From Phoronis australis (taxonomy: Eukaryota; Animalia; Phoronida), in NCBI GenBank assembly GCA_002633005.1, contig NMRA01000028.1, positions 1,458,753 to 1,522,752 on the forward strand: 64,000 nt of DNA, in the 5' to 3' direction. Under the pieces are notes generated by a model. The model made no database searches. It worked only from the letters and a program-made list of their open reading frames with translations, and was not told the origin of the DNA. The position numbers and the translations under genes are program-made. Position 1 is the stretch's first letter; each line of letters opens with the position of its first letter. Below are positions 62,301 through 64,000 of the stretch, in pieces.

Positions 62301-63212
62301 GTCATGACACGACTTACTCCTCTTTAGTCACACGATATTAAATCACAAACTGGATCAACATGAATCATTTACACAAAGACTTTCTGTTCATGCTTGCATA
62401 AACAGTAGAGAATATCTAAACCAATGAGATAATAGCTCATTGGTCCAAACCTTGTGGAACGCCAGCAGATTACTGTTATATAAGCTATTGCGCAAGCGCA
62501 TTGAAAGATGATCCCTTTTCACCCTGCCCCAAGTGTGCCGGGACGTGTTGTTGAAGTTTTGATCGAGCGCAACTCACTTTACCTCTCAAAGCAGTGTCAA
62601 AAATGGCCGCCACGGTGTCAGCTTGCTCATACACTTGCGCCCTATTAGCTGTTCTGTGTTAGTTGCTCTGTGACAGCAGTCTCCCGTGTGAAAGCGGCTT
62701 TAGGCATGTGCACCTATATGCAAAACACTTATCAATAAACAGTAAGGCATATTATTTCAGATATAGGTGTATGGGCCTAAATATGCGCATATATTTATAT
62801 TTAAGGTGACTGTAAGTCTGCCTGATGTCACAAATTTTGAATTTAGAATGGTTACCATTATGAAATTGGTCTCAAATTAATATTTAGTCAAAGTAAGTGT
62901 GATTTCTGGGATTGGAAAGAAGTGATGGGTTGTTATTAATTGAGGTGTGGCTTCATAAGTTGACTTGTCACAGCATGTAATTTTGTCTGCCAAAAATCAC
63001 TTCTCAGTTGAGACCGATTTTTAATGGTAAGTGGTCTAAATAAAAATGCCGTGTTGATTGCACGTTTACTTTATTTGATTTTTTAGTCCACGTGTGTCAA
63101 TGACTGGCTGAATTGTGTATTATCTTGTGACTACCTTGGACGGGTCAACTGGCTTTCATTATCCAAGCACATGGAATACTTCTGTTCCACGAAGAATGTT
63201 AAAAAGAAAGCT
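47289..63212 (+). CDS. GTF3C2: General transcription factor 3C polypeptide 2 (TFIIIC110)-like, 3'-incomplete; join(47289-47349,48370-48465,48794-48901,49350-49445,50412-50498,50620-50721,51050-51136,51299-51397,51876-51962,52657-52776,53288-53374,54098-54169,55058-55149,55650-55805,59157-60204,60477-60557,60921-61327,63087-63212), more than 1004 codons
   Basis: GTF3C2 WD40 hallmarks FLYVGGPVYAADWCP, GVIQVWNCG, YGCTWDLKWCPS, RLGLLAGAFSDG, QCTSLDW, LYPIRFFKAH...VAWCP, VNDWLNCVLSCD; every junction is GT-AG and phase-consistent without stops. Confidence 0.88.
48370..54169 (+). CDS. GTF3C2: Array of 11 symmetric phase-1 exons: AT-hook exons (48370, 49350, 50412, 51050, 51876, 53288) alternating with acidic spacer exons (48794, 50620, 51299, 52657, 54098)
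   Basis: AT-hooks PRRGRPRK, PQRGRPRK, PQRGRPPK, PRRGRPRK, PRRGRPRK and degenerate RRRGQPPK; lengths 96,108,96,87,102,87,99,87,120,87,72 nt, all multiples of 3. Confidence 0.85.
49036..49159. mobile_element. About 124-bp palindromic MITE in a GTF3C2 intron
   Basis: GAATTCGGTAATGTTCGGATATAAC..ATTTTGAGA ... TCTCAAAAT..GTTATATCCGACTATTGCCCTGAATTC. Confidence 0.7.
49991..50070 (+). mobile_element. Degenerate tRNA-derived SINE head
   Basis: A-box-like TACCTTAGTGGTAAGAGCAC and B-box-like GATTTCAATTCC at tRNA spacing. Confidence 0.45.
55058..55149 (+). CDS. GTF3C2: GTF3C2-like exon, C2H2 zinc finger
   Basis: ttttag|..NYSLICLHCKFEASTLSALKFHLMKQHMMI|gtaagt. Confidence 0.85.
55650..55805 (+). CDS. 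GTF3C2: GTF3C2-like exon, C2HC zinc finger
   Basis: tttccag|WEPDKP...ILKAVGYLSCSQCQKRINFTQYFKKHVEWCGRE|gtaagg. Confidence 0.85.
56326..58340 (-). mobile_element. Possible hAT-like element with a decayed transposase N-terminus
   Basis: CAGTGTTCTCCAC...GTGGAAAACACTG termini (no TSD seen); minus-strand remnants MSSAAGRRSTAKPKDYFK and TSFRTS..SDYKNAVQD. Confidence 0.4.
59157..60204 (+). CDS. GTF3C2: GTF3C2-like large exon: C2HC finger, basic KRKAA motif, acidic tract, first WD40 repeats
   Basis: ORF 59142-60209; acceptor cctcag|, donor G|gttagc. Confidence 0.93.
60477..60557 (+). CDS. GTF3C2: GTF3C2-like WD40 exon
   Basis: ttgtag|..QPSSQCTSLDWMYVEGSHKLAAAFTD G|gtgagc. Confidence 0.88.
60800..60945. 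repeat. 49-bp triplication spanning a splice acceptor
   Basis: ACAG|GTTGTATTG recurs with the G of CAG at 60822, 60871 and 60920. Confidence 0.85.
60921..61327 (+). CDS. GTF3C2: GTF3C2-like WD40 exon
   Basis: ttacag|..CIGIWS...LYPIRFFKAH...VHLWDLR...NIL|gtgagt. Confidence 0.9.
61354..61930. mobile_element. 577-bp TWA-flanked MITE (Zator/Harbinger-like); small relative at 35712-35803
   Basis: TAA|GGCCAAAGAA...TTTTTTGGCC|TTA. Confidence 0.55.
62841..63041. mobile_element. About 200-bp palindromic MITE remnant
   Basis: ATTTAGA..TTACCATTA..AAATTGGTCTCAA vs TTGAGACCGATTT..TAATGGTAAG..TCTAAAT. Confidence 0.55.
63087..63212 (+). CDS. GTF3C2: GTF3C2-like WD40 exon (last one visible)
   Basis: tttttag|STCVNDWLNCVLSCDYLGRVNWLSL...KKKA|gtaagt. 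Confidence 0.82.
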
Positions 63213-63217
63213 GTAAG

Positions 63218-63516
63218 TTGTGTTATGTACTGTTACTGAGTTGTGAGTGAGTGTGTGATTGTGTTATGTATTGTTACTGAGTACTGAGTGAGCGTGTCAT
63301 TGTGTTATATCCTGTTACTGAGTAGTGAGTGAGTGTGTGATTGTGTTTTGTGCTGTTACTGAGTAGTGAGTGAGTGTGTGATTGTGTTATGTACTGTTAC
63401 TGAGTAGTGAGTGAGTGTGTTATGTACTGTTACTGAGTAGTGAGTGAGTGTGTTATGTACTGTTACTGAGTAGTGAGTGAGTGTGTTATGTACTGTTACT
63501 GAGTAGTGAGTGAGTG
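63218..63516. repeat. 33-40-bp minisatellite (GTGTTATGTACTGTTACTGAGTAGTGAGTGAGT...)
   Basis: About 8 copies immediately after the donor at 63213. Confidence 0.9.
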
Positions 63517-64000
63517 GATGATGGTATTTATAGTAAATATTTGGAACAGTTGTTTGTGATAAATCTGTTGTATGTCTGTAAGCTTATATCTGTGATGCGA
63601 TTGGTTATTGTGAAGATGTGAAATTATGTCTGTTGGCATATTTTGCTTTTTGAATAATATTGTCTAAACTTTGTTTGTGACATTATCTCATCATTGCTGT
63701 TTTAACTATTTTTAATTACAATGAGTTAAATCACTGAACTTTGACTTTATAAAACTGAAGTTGAGTGAAAGCATAGTGATAAACTGAATTTTGAAATGTG
63801 ACCTTCAAAGCATATTTTCAACATTGAGGATTCAAAAATTATCACTATACTTGTCCAGTACAATGCTTAGGACCACTTGAGAAACTACAAAATCAAGGGT
63901 GGATGTTATATCGAGCTTGGACTGATCAGAATTTTTTTTGAGAAATTGGGGGTAATAATTAGTTGCTGGAATTGTCTGTAAATGGGTGCTCAAAAGGACA

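Overview
Eukaryotic (animal, AT-rich, intron-rich, probably a marine invertebrate; the taxon is inferred, not shown) genomic DNA with three + strand multi-exon genes that I could splice by hand with consistent GT-AG boundaries and reading phase: (1) an MFSD6-like MFS transporter (about 1064-22709, 5 coding exons, about 614 aa); (2) STUB1/CHIP TPR + U-box E3 ligase (33096-38670, 6 exons, 279 aa); (3) a GTF3C2/TFIIIC110-type WD40 gene (47289 to beyond 63212, 3' end not reached). The third gene has an unusual N-terminus: an array of 11 symmetric phase-1 exons alternating AT-hook and acidic-spacer modules (plus two decayed pseudo-exons), then three zinc fingers resembling ZNF512/512B, with the third finger in the same exon as the start of the WD40 domain. 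Introns and intergenic DNA contain many non-autonomous DNA transposons (pogo-like, hAT-like with 5-bp TSDs, TWA-TSD, TTAA, ATTT-TSD, Helentron-associated), tRNA-derived SINE remnants, mini/microsatellites and decayed transposase fragments. Three near-identical tandem duplications each flank a single N and are most likely uncollapsed haplotypes (assembly artefacts). No rRNA, intact tRNA or CRISPR array was seen. All coordinates were read by eye, and family assignments come from recalled motifs, not database searches.
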